From positions 446,644 to 510,643 of the forward strand of contig JBFLYH010000002.1 of assembly GCA_040756875.1 (NCBI GenBank): a stretch of DNA of 64,000 nt, read 5' to 3'. Below are positions 49,738 to 59,757 of the stretch, piece by piece (within the stretch, counting starts at the first letter, position 1; each line of letters opens with the position of its first letter). The translations under genes and the position numbers were made by a program. The notes under the pieces were generated by a model, which saw only the letters and a list, made by a program, of their open reading frames with translations, was not told the origin of the DNA and ran no database searches. Source of the DNA: a candidate division FCPU426 bacterium. Lineage in GTDB: Bacteria; Oederibacteriota; JAAXVQ01; JAUVAV01.

Positions 49738-50967
49738 TCAGGCTTTTTTGCGCTGCTTGCCCGATTTGCTTCTCAGCTGCGCCTGCACCTTCAGGGGCAG
49801 GCCGTAGAGGTTGATGAAACCCGTGGCGTCTGATTGGCGGTAAACGTCATCCCGGCTGAAGGTGGCCAGTGCCTCCGAGAACAAGGAGTTGGGCGAACGC
49901 CGGCCCAGAGCCGCGGTTTGCCCGCGGTAAAGCTGCATGCGCACTTCGCCCGTGGCCGCGGACATCACCTGGTTCATGAAAGCATCCAGGGCTTCGCGCA
50001 GAGGCGTGAACCACTGGCCATAGTAGACCATTTCCGCGTATTTCAACGCCAACTGGCTGCGGAAATGCATGGTTTCCCGGTCCAGCACCAGGCTGGCCAG
50101 TTCGTGCAGGGCCGCCACCAGTACCGTGCCAGCCGGCGTTTCGTACGCCCCGCGCGATTTCATGCCCACCAGGCGGTTCTCCACCAGGTCCGTGCGGCCC
50201 ACGCCATGGCGGCCGGCTTGGATGTTGAGGGTCTGGATCAGCTTGACCAGGTCCAGTTTGCGGCCGTTCAGGCTGACGGGCACGCCGGCGTCGAAACCAA
50301 TAGTCACTTCCTCGGGTTCGGCCGGCGCTTGTTTGGGGTCCTGGGTCAGCATCCACACTTCGGAACTCGGGGCCTGCCAGGGATCTTCCAACTCGCCGCC
50401 CTCGTGCGAAATGTGCCAAAGATTGCGGTCGCGCGAATAGATCTTCTTCAAAGACTGGGAGACCGGCACGTGATGGGCCTCGGCGTAAGCCAGGGCGTCC
50501 TCGCGCGAACGCAGGGTCCACTTCGGGTCTCGCCAGGGCGCGATGACCGTCAACTGAGGGGCCAAGGCCTGGTAGGTCAGCTCGAAACGCACCTGGTCAT
50601 TGCCCTTGCCTGTGCAGCCGTGCGCCACGGCGTCGGCTTTTTCCTTAAGCGCGATTTCCACCTGGTGCCTGGCGATCAAAGGCCGGGCGATGGACGTTCC
50701 CAGCAGGTATTTGTTTTCGTACACCGCTCCGGACTTCAACAGCGGGGCGAGATAGTCTTCGGCGAACTCCTTTTTCAAATCCAAAACATAGCACTTGGAA
50801 GCGCCGGTCTGTTTGGCCTTGGCCGGCAAACCGTCCAGTTCCTCCTCCTGGCCGATATCCGCCGCGAACGCAATCACTTCGCAATTGTAATTCTCTTTAA
50901 GCCAGGGAATGATCACCGAGGTGTCCAAACCCCCGGAATACGCCAGAACGACTTTCTTGATGGCCAT
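49738..50967 (-). CDS. argG: Argininosuccinate synthase
   Basis: Start [20 protein letters not shown]... with the ...[15 protein letters not shown]... motif. Confidence 0.85.
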   Translation of the reverse strand: MAIKKVVLAYSGGLDTSVIIPWLKENYNCEVIAFAADIGQEEELDGLPAKAKQTGASKCYVLDLKKEFAEDYLAPLLKSGAVYENKYLLGTSIARPLIARHQVEIALKEKADAVAHGCTGKGNDQVRFELTYQALAPQLTVIAPWRDPKWTLRSREDALAYAEAHHVPVSQSLKKIYSRDRNLWHISHEGGELEDPWQAPSSEVWMLTQDPKQAPAEPEEVTIGFDAGVPVSLNGRKLDLVKLIQTLNIQAGRHGVGRTDLVENRLVGMKSRGAYETPAGTVLVAALHELASLVLDRETMHFRSQLALKYAEMVYYGQWFTPLREALDAFMNQVMSAATGEVRMQLYRGQTAALGRRSPNSLFSEALATFSRDDVYRQSDATGFINLYGLPLKVQAQLRSKSGKQRKKA

Positions 50968-51231
50968 GGAAGTAGGCTCCATATAAGATTTGATATTAAA
51001 ACATCTTGATTCAAGACTTATTTTCTATATCTGATTAATGATAGCGGAAGCTATGTGGGAATGCTACTTCATTTTTAAACTGCTTTTCCCGAAGAACTCT
51101 GGTGGCTTCGGTTCTTTACAAAACGCCTTAATTCTGCCAGGGGGCTGAAAAACACTCATGACAACAGCTAGTTATACACATCTTTTCATAATCAGAACAT
51201 ATCATTGCCTATTATAACTTTTCGGATATTT

Positions 51232-52689
51232 TCATTTATCAGCAGATTCCGCCGCAAGAGAATAAACCATTAAGGCTTTATCACCCGAACCGACTTCCAG
51301 AACGCAGGTAGACACAATACCTGGAATCGTCCGAAAGGTTTTATCTTGAGCATTCGTAAGTACTAACCATGCCTTCAAAAGATCTTGCCTTGCCCGGGTT
51401 TTAACCACATCATTCAATACCCAGACCGAATCGCCGTCTCGATTTCGTTGGTCGAAGTAACCTGACCGAACATAAACATGGTCGCTCGATGGTTCTAAAT
51501 AATAAGCCAAACAACCTCGTTCAATCAAATCAACAACTAATACTTTGGATGATTCCTCCATGTGCTCGCGTAAATAATTCGCCACCGTTTTATAATCTTG
51601 TTTGGAATATTGGCTCGGCTGCAAATGATATTGATAAACCGGGAATAGCAGTATTCCAACCACCATGACATTTTTTAACCACTTTGGCCCCGGTATCAAT
51701 TCCAATAAAATTGAAGTCCCATATCCCACTACCAAGAGATATATCGGCAATAAAAATATAGTATTACGCGTGGTTACAATCTGAGCATGCGAAGTTATTA
51801 AAAACAGAGATACAAGCATGATCACAAATGCGCTTGCCAGAACCACAAGTTTGTGGTTCTTATGTATTATTGCCATGATTGTACCCAGCAAAAACAAAAG
51901 CGCAAACCCGTAATACCACCCATTAAAAAAACCTATGGAACTATATTGGGAAAGTAGCACAGAAAAAAACAGCGGCAAGAAAGGCATTCCGTATCCCGGG
52001 GTATGCTCCGCGTGGCGAAATTGGTTTAGAAGCAATGGTACCCAAGGGCTAAATATCAGCAGAGAAATGCCCGCATTAACTACCGCTTGAGGTATTTTCC
52101 AGGAAGTGATTTTAACGTTTTTATATCTCCATAGCCAATAGAGGCCTTCGATAACCATAACAAACATTCCAAAATAATGCGTAAGCAGGAGGAGTCCATT
52201 AACTGCTCCCAACCCTATTGCCCAGGGCCAGCTTTGTTCTTCACACCATCGGACAGTCAAATATAAACTAACCAATGACAACAAAAGAAACAGCGAATAC
52301 ATTCTGGCTTCTTGTGAGTAAGCTATGGCCATCGGGGATAAGGTAAAATACATCGTGGGCACCCAAGCCTGTGTTTTGCCAATAAAATAGCGCGCCAATA
52401 AATAAAACACAGGGATGGATAGAATCCCATAAATGGCCGCTGGCAGGCGGACAATCCAGTCCGCTTTCCCAAACACAAGAAAAAATTTCAGCAGGATATA
52501 ATCCAACGGCGGCGAAAGGTGGGTTCCAACGATGCGAAACAGATCATGCCAAGAGGAAGAAGCAGTAATAACCTGGCCAATCTCATCCAGCCAGAGGGAT
52601 TGATGACCTAAATGGTACAAACGGACAATACTTCCTAAAATGACTATAATTAGAAGCGGATTATTTTCTCTGATGTTATTTAGTGTCAT
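51232..52689 (-). CDS. GT39/ArnT-like (PMT_2) GT-C glycosyltransferase, low-GC
   Basis: ...SLWLDEIGQV..., polytopic, 485 aa. The local region is about 42-45% GC. Confidence 0.6.
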   Translation of the reverse strand: MTLNNIRENNPLLIIVILGSIVRLYHLGHQSLWLDEIGQVITASSSWHDLFRIVGTHLSPPLDYILLKFFLVFGKADWIVRLPAAIYGILSIPVFYLLARYFIGKTQAWVPTMYFTLSPMAIAYSQEARMYSLFLLLSLVSLYLTVRWCEEQSWPWAIGLGAVNGLLLLTHYFGMFVMVIEGLYWLWRYKNVKITSWKIPQAVVNAGISLLIFSPWVPLLLNQFRHAEHTPGYGMPFLPLFFSVLLSQYSSIGFFNGWYYGFALLFLLGTIMAIIHKNHKLVVLASAFVIMLVSLFLITSHAQIVTTRNTIFLLPIYLLVVGYGTSILLELIPGPKWLKNVMVVGILLFPVYQYHLQPSQYSKQDYKTVANYLREHMEESSKVLVVDLIERGCLAYYLEPSSDHVYVRSGYFDQRNRDGDSVWVLNDVVKTRARQDLLKAWLVLTNAQDKTFRTIPGIVSTCVLEVGSGDKALMVYSLAAESADK

Positions 52690-52707
52690 TATTAATCAGT
52701 ATTATGT

Positions 52708-53496
52708 TTATTTTATTTTCATAATCCAAATAATCGTCATATTTTTAGGTCTAGTTTCAGTACCTCCCGTTGTTCCAATTATATACGAATTCCAAGTTAT
52801 TGTATGATCAGTAAGAGTATTTGAGATAGGATACTGCCCGCCTCCCGAACCAGCGTCTAACGCTATTGCATGGTTATGAGCTTTAAGGTCATCTGCTTGC
52901 AATACACCCGAAGAAGAACCGCCACGCAAAAATCTTCCTTGATTGTTGAGGTCCGGAATTATTTGTCCATCAAAAACACTTTCCGGATCACTCAGTGTCT
53001 GGCCATTGCATTCCACCCACTGCGAAGAGAGGGTCGGGGCGCCAGGGGGCATGTTTTTATGCCAGGCGATGATACTGCCAATCGGCACATCATAATTCAA
53101 AACAAACGGCACACCGTTGAGCGGCTGGCGGGGTAACATTTCATTATCCGATCCCACCTGCACTCCCAACCAGTACTGATTGCTGAAATCCACATTTTTA
53201 GATAAAAGTGGAGTAGTTACGCCCAGTCGCACGTTGAAATATCCGTTCTTCACTTCCACATTGGTTAAGCTTTCGCTCCATTTGGCCGAGCCAACCAAGG
53301 CATTTGGATCGTCATACAGCCTGAAAGTAATGACATAATTGCCATCTGTCACCGGATTGCCTAGACTGTTGGTCAATCTTCCCTGATAATTAATCGTTCT
53401 TGATGCGGGCGTGGCAAAAACTGTCGAGCAGATCAAGAATAATGAAAGCAACCCCAGTAGTGCTTGCTTTTTCATTTTATTCCTCCCTCTTTTCAT
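52708..53496 (-). CDS. Secreted phage-tail-collar-domain protein (MdpB-like)
   Basis: Signal peptide MKKQALLGLLSLFLICSTVFA. C-terminal region ...IIAWHKNMPPGAP...WVECNGQTL...FDGQIIPDLNNQGRFLRGG...ETRPKNMTIIWIMKIK matches the tail-collar fold consensus. ATGA overlap with the upstream gene. Confidence 0.6.
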   Translation of the reverse strand: MKRGRNKMKKQALLGLLSLFLICSTVFATPASRTINYQGRLTNSLGNPVTDGNYVITFRLYDDPNALVGSAKWSESLTNVEVKNGYFNVRLGVTTPLLSKNVDFSNQYWLGVQVGSDNEMLPRQPLNGVPFVLNYDVPIGSIIAWHKNMPPGAPTLSSQWVECNGQTLSDPESVFDGQIIPDLNNQGRFLRGGSSSGVLQADDLKAHNHAIALDAGSGGGQYPISNTLTDHTITWNSYIIGTTGGTETRPKNMTIIWIMKIK

Positions 53497-54071
53497 TTCA
53501 CCAACGCTATTTTTTTAGACAGCGTGGTTGTTTTTCCTGCTTCAGACTTGGCCTTTATCCATAATAAATAAACGCCATTGGCAATATTGGACGTATCCCA
53601 GGTCCAGCTATTTGAACCCAAGGGTAAACTAGCCCAATGCTGAGAAATCACCAGATCCCCATTGACTGTAAATACTTTCAATTCCACCTCAGCCCGCATG
53701 GCCAAATCAAAATGGATGGTGCCGCGTTTGCCCCGGATAGGGTTAGGTGCGGCATAGACATAGTCCGCGCATATCACTTCTCCTCCGAATGAGCGGATGG
53801 GAGTTGGGGTTACAGTTGGAGTCGGCGCGGGTAAAAAATAGTCATTAAAATATCCGGCCTGAACTGAATAGCGCCCACTCCAGCTTTGGCCTACCAATGA
53901 TTCCCCGCTAGAATCGAACAGATAGATTCCTGAAGATTCCTGGGTATTGCCTGTACTACTGACTTGCATTTGATTGAGCTGGTAATTGGCCGATGATTGA
54001 GCTGCCTCGAGCGGACTGCTGGCAAAGATTATTAAAATAACCGCCAGCCACATTTTCGCAAGCGTCTTCAT
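53493..54071 (-). CDS. Secreted protein with C-terminal T9SS-type (Por_Secre_tail / FlgD-Ig-like) sorting domain
   Basis: Signal peptide MKTLAKMWLAVILIIFASSPLEA. C-terminus ...PNPIRGKRGTIHFDLAMRAEVELKVFTVNGDLVIS...ANGVYLLWIKAKSEAGKTTTLSKKIALVK. Confidence 0.5.
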   Translation of the reverse strand: MKTLAKMWLAVILIIFASSPLEAAQSSANYQLNQMQVSSTGNTQESSGIYLFDSSGESLVGQSWSGRYSVQAGYFNDYFLPAPTPTVTPTPIRSFGGEVICADYVYAAPNPIRGKRGTIHFDLAMRAEVELKVFTVNGDLVISQHWASLPLGSNSWTWDTSNIANGVYLLWIKAKSEAGKTTTLSKKIALVK

Positions 54072-54107
54072 TTTATATCCCCCTTAAACCGGGTGATTTT
54101 ATCATTA

Positions 54108-55877
54108 CTAGAAAGCAATACCTACATTAACACCGACGCCGGGATAAGTAAGCGATACCGATAGCGACGATTTAATATCCATATCAGGGCCTTTTATACT
54201 GCCATTGGTTGCGGTTAGATTGTACAAACCCAGATATGGGGACAACACAAACCAATCATTTTTGCCTAATAATATTTTATATCCCACTTCTGCTCCAATG
54301 GTCAGAACGGTAGCTTTCATCGTCGCTAGTTCTTCATTGAATAGGCTCCCACCTAGCTCCCCTAACTGGTATTTGATTATTGGTCCCATCCAAAAGCCAG
54401 AATACTTCTTACCATCATGCGGTAAATAATATCTCCCCGAAAGACCGGCACCATATATTAAATTACTATATGAAGAAACACCGTTGCTTCCGCTCCTAAT
54501 AGTCAACAGACCTTTTACTGCCGCCGAGAATTCAGAAGTTAATGCTCTTTCATATTCCAATTCCAAGGAAATACCCGACCAATTACTGAAAGAGAATAAT
54601 CCAAGCGGATTTATTGTCAGGGCATTGGGTTTTTCCAAAGATTCCATATGTGATTTTAAAACAGGCCCGGATTTCAGCTCGGTTTCTGTTTTTACCTCTG
54701 GTTTGGCAGGTGTCGCTTTTTCGGATGTAATCTGCGCCATGATCACAGGCGTCGCGTCTGCGGTTTTTTGCGTTGGCTCTGGAGTCGGCGTCTGGGTCGG
54801 CTCTGGGGTTGCAGGAGTTGGCTGGGGAGTGGGTGCGGGCGTGGCCGGAGTTGGAATAGGTGTAGGTGCCGGAGTCATTGGTTCTTCTGACGTCGAGGCT
54901 ATTTCCGTCGGCACAAGCTGACGCAGCGTCCCGCTTCCTTCTCCGGGAATGCGCAGCATCAGGGAAACGCGATGCTGATGCGCCTGCAGTTCGCCGGGAT
55001 CGTAGCGGAAAGCGTAATCCACTTCGTAATATTCCGAACTATAGGAGGCGCCGGCAGTGATGCCCTGGCCGTCATACCCCAGTCTGGCAGCCAAGTTCTG
55101 TATAAACCAATACTCGGCTCCCAACCGAAAATTAAACCGGGAGTATTCGGAAAATTCGATATCCAGGGCTGTAACCAAGTGGTTAAAGTACATCCTGTCC
55201 TGGGATGGAAAGAATTTCAGCGACGTACCGAGTTTGACATTGAGCGGAGTGAAATCCATGCTGTTTTCCGCCACATTCCAATACAACCGCTGAAAGACAT
55301 TTTGCACGTTCAGACCAATAGTATGGTCCAAGTACAATACCGGCTGCCATAAAGCGCCGATATCCAAACCATGGCCAACCGCTGTAAATCCGTCCATTCC
55401 TTGGTGGAGATATTTTAAACTGGCACCCAGCGAAAGGCCCTTGACCCACTCGAAGGTTTTACGTCCATAACTGAGAAAAATGGCATTTTCCGCATTGATA
55501 AAAGTCCCGGCTACTAGGCCGTTTTCATCGCGTTTTTCGATCTCGCCGCTATTGAAATTGATCCAACCTAATTCCAAGTTGCCCACTTCAGGCCATTGAA
55601 ATGCATACGAGAGATAACTGGAACTCATTTGATTAGACAATACGGCATACTGCGATCCGACTTCATACATATATAAATCCATTTGCGCTAAACCTGCCGG
55701 GTTCCAATAACCAGCAGTTGCGTCATCAGCCAAAGCCACGAACGCACCGCCCATTCCTAATGCCCTGGCGCCTACGCCTTGCCGCAAGTAAACGCTACTG
55801 CCGTAATTATTGCCATCCGACCACGCTGAAATCGGAAGTAAAACCAAGGCTATTGCCAACCATGGCATTCTTTTCAT
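54108..55877 (-). CDS. Outer-membrane beta-barrel protein of the FadL/TodX/PorV-like family, with a Pro/Thr-rich insertion
   Basis: Start MKRMPWLAIALVLLPISAWS with GGAGGGGAAGG SD. The N-terminal ...GARALGMGGAFVALADDATAGYWNPAGLA... matches the FadL/PorV N-terminal signature. Central PTPIPTPATPAPTPQPTPATPEPTQTPTPEPTQ linker. Terminal aromatic ...VGIAF. Confidence 0.5.
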   Translation of the reverse strand: MKRMPWLAIALVLLPISAWSDGNNYGSSVYLRQGVGARALGMGGAFVALADDATAGYWNPAGLAQMDLYMYEVGSQYAVLSNQMSSSYLSYAFQWPEVGNLELGWINFNSGEIEKRDENGLVAGTFINAENAIFLSYGRKTFEWVKGLSLGASLKYLHQGMDGFTAVGHGLDIGALWQPVLYLDHTIGLNVQNVFQRLYWNVAENSMDFTPLNVKLGTSLKFFPSQDRMYFNHLVTALDIEFSEYSRFNFRLGAEYWFIQNLAARLGYDGQGITAGASYSSEYYEVDYAFRYDPGELQAHQHRVSLMLRIPGEGSGTLRQLVPTEIASTSEEPMTPAPTPIPTPATPAPTPQPTPATPEPTQTPTPEPTQKTADATPVIMAQITSEKATPAKPEVKTETELKSGPVLKSHMESLEKPNALTINPLGLFSFSNWSGISLELEYERALTSEFSAAVKGLLTIRSGSNGVSSYSNLIYGAGLSGRYYLPHDGKKYSGFWMGPIIKYQLGELGGSLFNEELATMKATVLTIGAEVGYKILLGKNDWFVLSPYLGLYNLTATNGSIKGPDMDIKSSLSVSLTYPGVGVNVGIAF

Positions 55878-55958
55878 CTTGCCTTCCCCTCCGGGATATT
55901 TGTTCTTTTTATATTTAGACTGACAAGACAAAATTTCATTGCACCTTTTATTTATAAA

Positions 55959-56669
55959 TTAGTCCCACAACCCATAGCGCAGGATGCAGTAGAGGGCGCG
56001 GAAGGCGTCCTTGGCCCCGATCTTTTTGCCTTCCTGGTAGGTGCGGCCGTGGTAGGTGATGCCCACCTCGTAGAAGCGCAGGCCCCGGCGGGCGAACTTC
56101 AAGGTGATCTCGGGTTCAAAGCCGAAGCGGTTTTCCTTGAGGGTCACGCCCGTCAGGGCGTCCCGGCGGAAAGCCTTGTAGCACACTTCCATGTCCGTCA
56201 GATTGAGGTTGGAAAAAAGGTTGCACAGGGTGGTGAGAAAGCGGTTGACCAGCGCGTGCCAGAAAAACAGCACGCGGCGCGGCTTAGTGGTGAGCAGACG
56301 GCTGCCGTAAACCACGTCCGCCACCCCGCGCACCAGCGGTTCGAGCAATTCGGGGTAATCGGCCGGATCGTATTCCAGATCGGCATCCTGGACCAAAATC
56401 ACTTCCTGCCGCGCCTGCTTGAAGCCCTCCCGCAAGGCCGCACCCTTGCCTTGATTCCGCGGCTGCCTGAAAACGCGCAGATCCCGGCCCTTCAGCTTGG
56501 CCAGGATGGCGGGCGTGCGGTCCGTGGAGGCGTCGTCCACCACGATGATTTCTTTGGCCAGGGGCACGGCCCGAACGCGGCGGATCAGCTCGGCCACTGT
56601 CTGTTCTTCGTTATAGACGGGAATGACGACGGAAATCGCCGGAAAACGCAGGCGGCCGGAGGCGGGCAT
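55959..56669 (-). CDS. GT2 polyprenyl-phosphate glycosyltransferase (DPM1-like)
   Basis: ...ISVVIPVYNEEQTV...IIVVDDASTDRT...VQDADLEYDP... 236 aa, high GC. Confidence 0.7.
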   Translation of the reverse strand: MPASGRLRFPAISVVIPVYNEEQTVAELIRRVRAVPLAKEIIVVDDASTDRTPAILAKLKGRDLRVFRQPRNQGKGAALREGFKQARQEVILVQDADLEYDPADYPELLEPLVRGVADVVYGSRLLTTKPRRVLFFWHALVNRFLTTLCNLFSNLNLTDMEVCYKAFRRDALTGVTLKENRFGFEPEITLKFARRGLRFYEVGITYHGRTYQEGKKIGAKDAFRALYCILRYGLWD

Positions 56670-56671
56670 GC

Positions 56672-57637
56672 CTAGCCTTTCCGCTCCATGAGGAGCTTGA
56701 GAATAGCCTTTTGCACGTGCAGGCGGTTTTCGGCCTGGTCAAAGACAATGGACTGCCGCCCCTCGATGACTTCCTCGGTCACTTCCTGGCCGCGATGGGC
56801 GGGCAGGCAGTGCAGAAACACCGCGCCCGGCGCGGTGTGGGCCATGAGCTTCTCGTTGACCTGGTACTTTCTCAACGCCTTGAGCCGCTGCGCCTGTTCT
56901 TTTTCCTGGCCCATGGACACCCATACGTCGGTGTATACGGCGTCCACCTGCGTGGCCGCCTGCACCGGGTCCTGGGTTAGGCGCAAGGTGCCGCCGCTGC
57001 GCTTGCGGTCTGCTTCGCTCAGCTCGACCGTGTGCCGGTCGATTTCAAACCCCATGGGCGAGGCCAGGGTCAGGTCCATGCCGGTTTTGGCCGCACCGTA
57101 AATGAGGGAACGGGCCACGTTGTTGCCGTCGCCGATGTAGGCCAGGCGCAGATGCTTGAGCCGCCCGAAGCGTTCCCGCAGGGTGAGCAGGTCGCTGAGG
57201 ATCTGGCAGGGATGGGAATAATCGGTCAGGGCGTTGATCACCGGCACCGCGGCGTGTTTGGCCATTTCCACCACTTTTTCGTGGGCGTCGGTGCGGATCA
57301 TGATGCCGTTCACGTAGCGCGAAAGCACGCGGGCCGTGTCCGCGATGGTCTCGCCGCGGCCGAGCTGCAAATCGCGCCCGGCCAGGTAAAACATGGCGCC
57401 GCCCAGCTGGTACATGGCCGCCTCGAAGGAGACGCGGGTCCGGGTTGAGCTTTTTTCGAAGATGCCGGCCAGGATCTGCCCCTGCAGGCTGCGGTCGCTC
57501 CGGCCCCGGCGGAAGGCCGCCTTGAGCTGCTCGGCCGTGGCCAGGATCAATTCGATGTCCCGGGGCGTGAGCTGCGCCATGGTCAGCAGGTTTTCCACGG
57601 ATAGTTTTGAAGTTTTGTTTTTTTTCTTCGCGGTCAT
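56672..57637 (-). CDS. argF: Ornithine carbamoyltransferase
   Basis: ...STRTRVSFE...HCLPAHRG... 321 aa. Confidence 0.85.
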   Translation of the reverse strand: MTAKKKNKTSKLSVENLLTMAQLTPRDIELILATAEQLKAAFRRGRSDRSLQGQILAGIFEKSSTRTRVSFEAAMYQLGGAMFYLAGRDLQLGRGETIADTARVLSRYVNGIMIRTDAHEKVVEMAKHAAVPVINALTDYSHPCQILSDLLTLRERFGRLKHLRLAYIGDGNNVARSLIYGAAKTGMDLTLASPMGFEIDRHTVELSEADRKRSGGTLRLTQDPVQAATQVDAVYTDVWVSMGQEKEQAQRLKALRKYQVNEKLMAHTAPGAVFLHCLPAHRGQEVTEEVIEGRQSIVFDQAENRLHVQKAILKLLMERKG

Positions 57638-57654
57638 ATCGTCCTCTCTTCCCT

Positions 57655-58863
57655 TTAACCCAGCTGCGCCAGCACGCGGCGCAAAATGGATACAGCTTCC
57701 TCGATTTCAGCCTGGCTGACGATCAAGGCCGGCAGAAAACGCAGAACGTTGACGGCCGTGCAATTGACGACCAACCCGGCTGCGAGCGCCAGGCGGACCG
57801 CCTCGGCGCCCGGCTTTTTCAGCTCCAGGCCATGCATCAACCCCGCGCCCCGGTGCGCAGCCACCAGCGCCGGAAACTCCCTGGCCACCTGGTCCAGCTG
57901 TTCGCCGAGGTATTGCCCGGCCTGCCGCACATTTACCAGCCAGCCGGGCTTGGCCAGCTGTTCCAGCAGCACGCAGCCGCCGGCCGCGGCCACAGGGTTG
58001 CCGCCAAAGGTGGTGCCGTGGTCGCCGGTTTTCATGGCCGCGGCCACGTCCGTCCGGGTCACGAGCGCGGACAACGGCAGCCCGCCGCCCAGGGGTTTGC
58101 CCAGAAGCAGCACGTCCGGCGTCACGCCGAAATGCTCGTAGGCGTGGAAATGCCCGATGCGGCCCAGTCCGCACTGGATCTCGTCAAAGATCAGCAGCAG
58201 CTTGCGTTCGTCGCACCAGGCCCTGAGCCCCCGCAGGTATTCCATATCCAGGGGCCGGATGCCGCCTTCGCCCTGGATGGGTTCCACCAGCACTGCGCTG
58301 GTCGCCGCGGAAGTGGCGGCCTTGATTTTTTCCAGGTCATTGGCCGGCACGTGTTTGAAGCCGGGCAGCATAGGCTCCAGGCCTTCGTGGTACTTGGGCT
58401 GGCCCGTGGCGGTCAGGGCCGCAAAGGTCCGGCCGTGAAAAGAGCCTTCCAGGCAGATGATTTCATATTTCTGCGCTCCGTTTTTCCGGCCCCATTTGCG
58501 CGCCAGCTTGACGGCCAGCTCCACGATTTCAGCGCCGCTGTTGGCGAAAAACACCCGCTCGCCGAAGCTATGCCGGACCAGCAGGTTGGCCAGCCGGATC
58601 TGCGGTTCCAAATAATACAGGTTGCCGCTGTGCGCCAGCCGTTCCAGCTGCGCTCGCATGGCTGCCAGCTGTTCCGGATGGCCGTACCCCAGGTTCATTA
58701 CCGCGTGCCCCGAGAAAAAATCCAGGTACGTTTTGCCTTCGCGGTCAACCAAACGGCACCCCTGGCCCTGTTCCCAGACCACGGGCTGGCGCTGGAAAGT
58801 CTGAGCCAGTACTCTTGACTCAAGCTGCATGATGGCGGCGGTGTCGGGCTGAAGCGGGTTCAT
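57655..58863 (-). CDS. argD: Acetylornithine aminotransferase (class III PLP aminotransferase)
   Basis: Start MNPLQPDTAAIMQ with GGAGGA SD. Carries ...LIFDEIQCGLGRIG... The annotated ATG at 58995 adds a low-complexity extension that overlaps argB. Confidence 0.8.
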   Translation of the reverse strand: MNPLQPDTAAIMQLESRVLAQTFQRQPVVWEQGQGCRLVDREGKTYLDFFSGHAVMNLGYGHPEQLAAMRAQLERLAHSGNLYYLEPQIRLANLLVRHSFGERVFFANSGAEIVELAVKLARKWGRKNGAQKYEIICLEGSFHGRTFAALTATGQPKYHEGLEPMLPGFKHVPANDLEKIKAATSAATSAVLVEPIQGEGGIRPLDMEYLRGLRAWCDERKLLLIFDEIQCGLGRIGHFHAYEHFGVTPDVLLLGKPLGGGLPLSALVTRTDVAAAMKTGDHGTTFGGNPVAAAGGCVLLEQLAKPGWLVNVRQAGQYLGEQLDQVAREFPALVAAHRGAGLMHGLELKKPGAEAVRLALAAGLVVNCTAVNVLRFLPALIVSQAEIEEAVSILRRVLAQLG

Positions 58864-59735
58864 GCCGGTTCCTCCGACCGGCGCAGCTCCGTGCCAATGC
58901 CCCGGTCCGTGAAAAGTTCCAACAGCAGGGCGTGGGACACCTTGCCGTTGATGATGTGCGCCTTGTGCACGCCGCCTTGCAGCGCCCGAGTGCAAGCCTG
59001 GACCTTGGGCAGCATGCCGCCCTTGATCACGCCGCTCTTGACGAGCCCCTCCACCTCGGCCAGGGGCAGGCTGGAGATCAGCGAGGCCGGATCCGCCGGG
59101 TCGCGCAGAATGCCCGGCACGTCCGTGAGCAGGATGAACTTGTCGGCCGACAGCGACCCGGCGATGGCTGCAGCCACGTCGTCGGCGTTGATGTTGTAGG
59201 TCTGCCCCGCGTCATCCACGCCCACCGGGGCGATGACGGGGATGAATTTTTCCCGGTCCAGCGCGTGGATCACGTCCGGCCGCACCTGCTTGATTTCGCC
59301 CACGAACCCCAGGTCCACCTGCTGGTGCGCCAGCTTGCGCACCTTGAGCAGGCCGCCGTCCTTGCCCGAGAGGCCCACGGCCAGGCCGCCGTGCCGGTTG
59401 ATCGCCGCCACGATTTCCTGGTTGAGCTTGCCGACCAGGACCATTTCGATCACTTCCATGCTGGCGGCGTCGGTGACGCGGCGGCCGTCCACGAATTCCG
59501 ACTTGCGGCCCATCTGCTCCAGCACCCGCGTGATCTCCGGGCCGCCGCCGTGCACCACCACGGGCTTCATGCCCACGTATTTCATGAGCACCAGGTCCTG
59601 CATGACCTCGTCCTTCAGGTGGTCGTCCACCATGGCGGCGCCCCCGTACTTTACCACCACGGTCTGGCCGTAGAAGGCCTTGATGTACGGCAGGGCCTCG
59701 ATCAGGATCTTGGCTTTGGCAATCAGGGTTTCCAT
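58860..59735 (-). CDS. argB: Acetylglutamate kinase
   Basis: ...VVKYGGAAM...VVVHGGGPEI... 291 aa. ATGA overlap with argD. Confidence 0.85.
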   Translation of the reverse strand: METLIAKAKILIEALPYIKAFYGQTVVVKYGGAAMVDDHLKDEVMQDLVLMKYVGMKPVVVHGGGPEITRVLEQMGRKSEFVDGRRVTDAASMEVIEMVLVGKLNQEIVAAINRHGGLAVGLSGKDGGLLKVRKLAHQQVDLGFVGEIKQVRPDVIHALDREKFIPVIAPVGVDDAGQTYNINADDVAAAIAGSLSADKFILLTDVPGILRDPADPASLISSLPLAEVEGLVKSGVIKGGMLPKVQACTRALQGGVHKAHIINGKVSHALLLELFTDRGIGTELRRSEEPA

Positions 59736-59757
59736 GGGTATGCTCCCGGCGTTTCCC

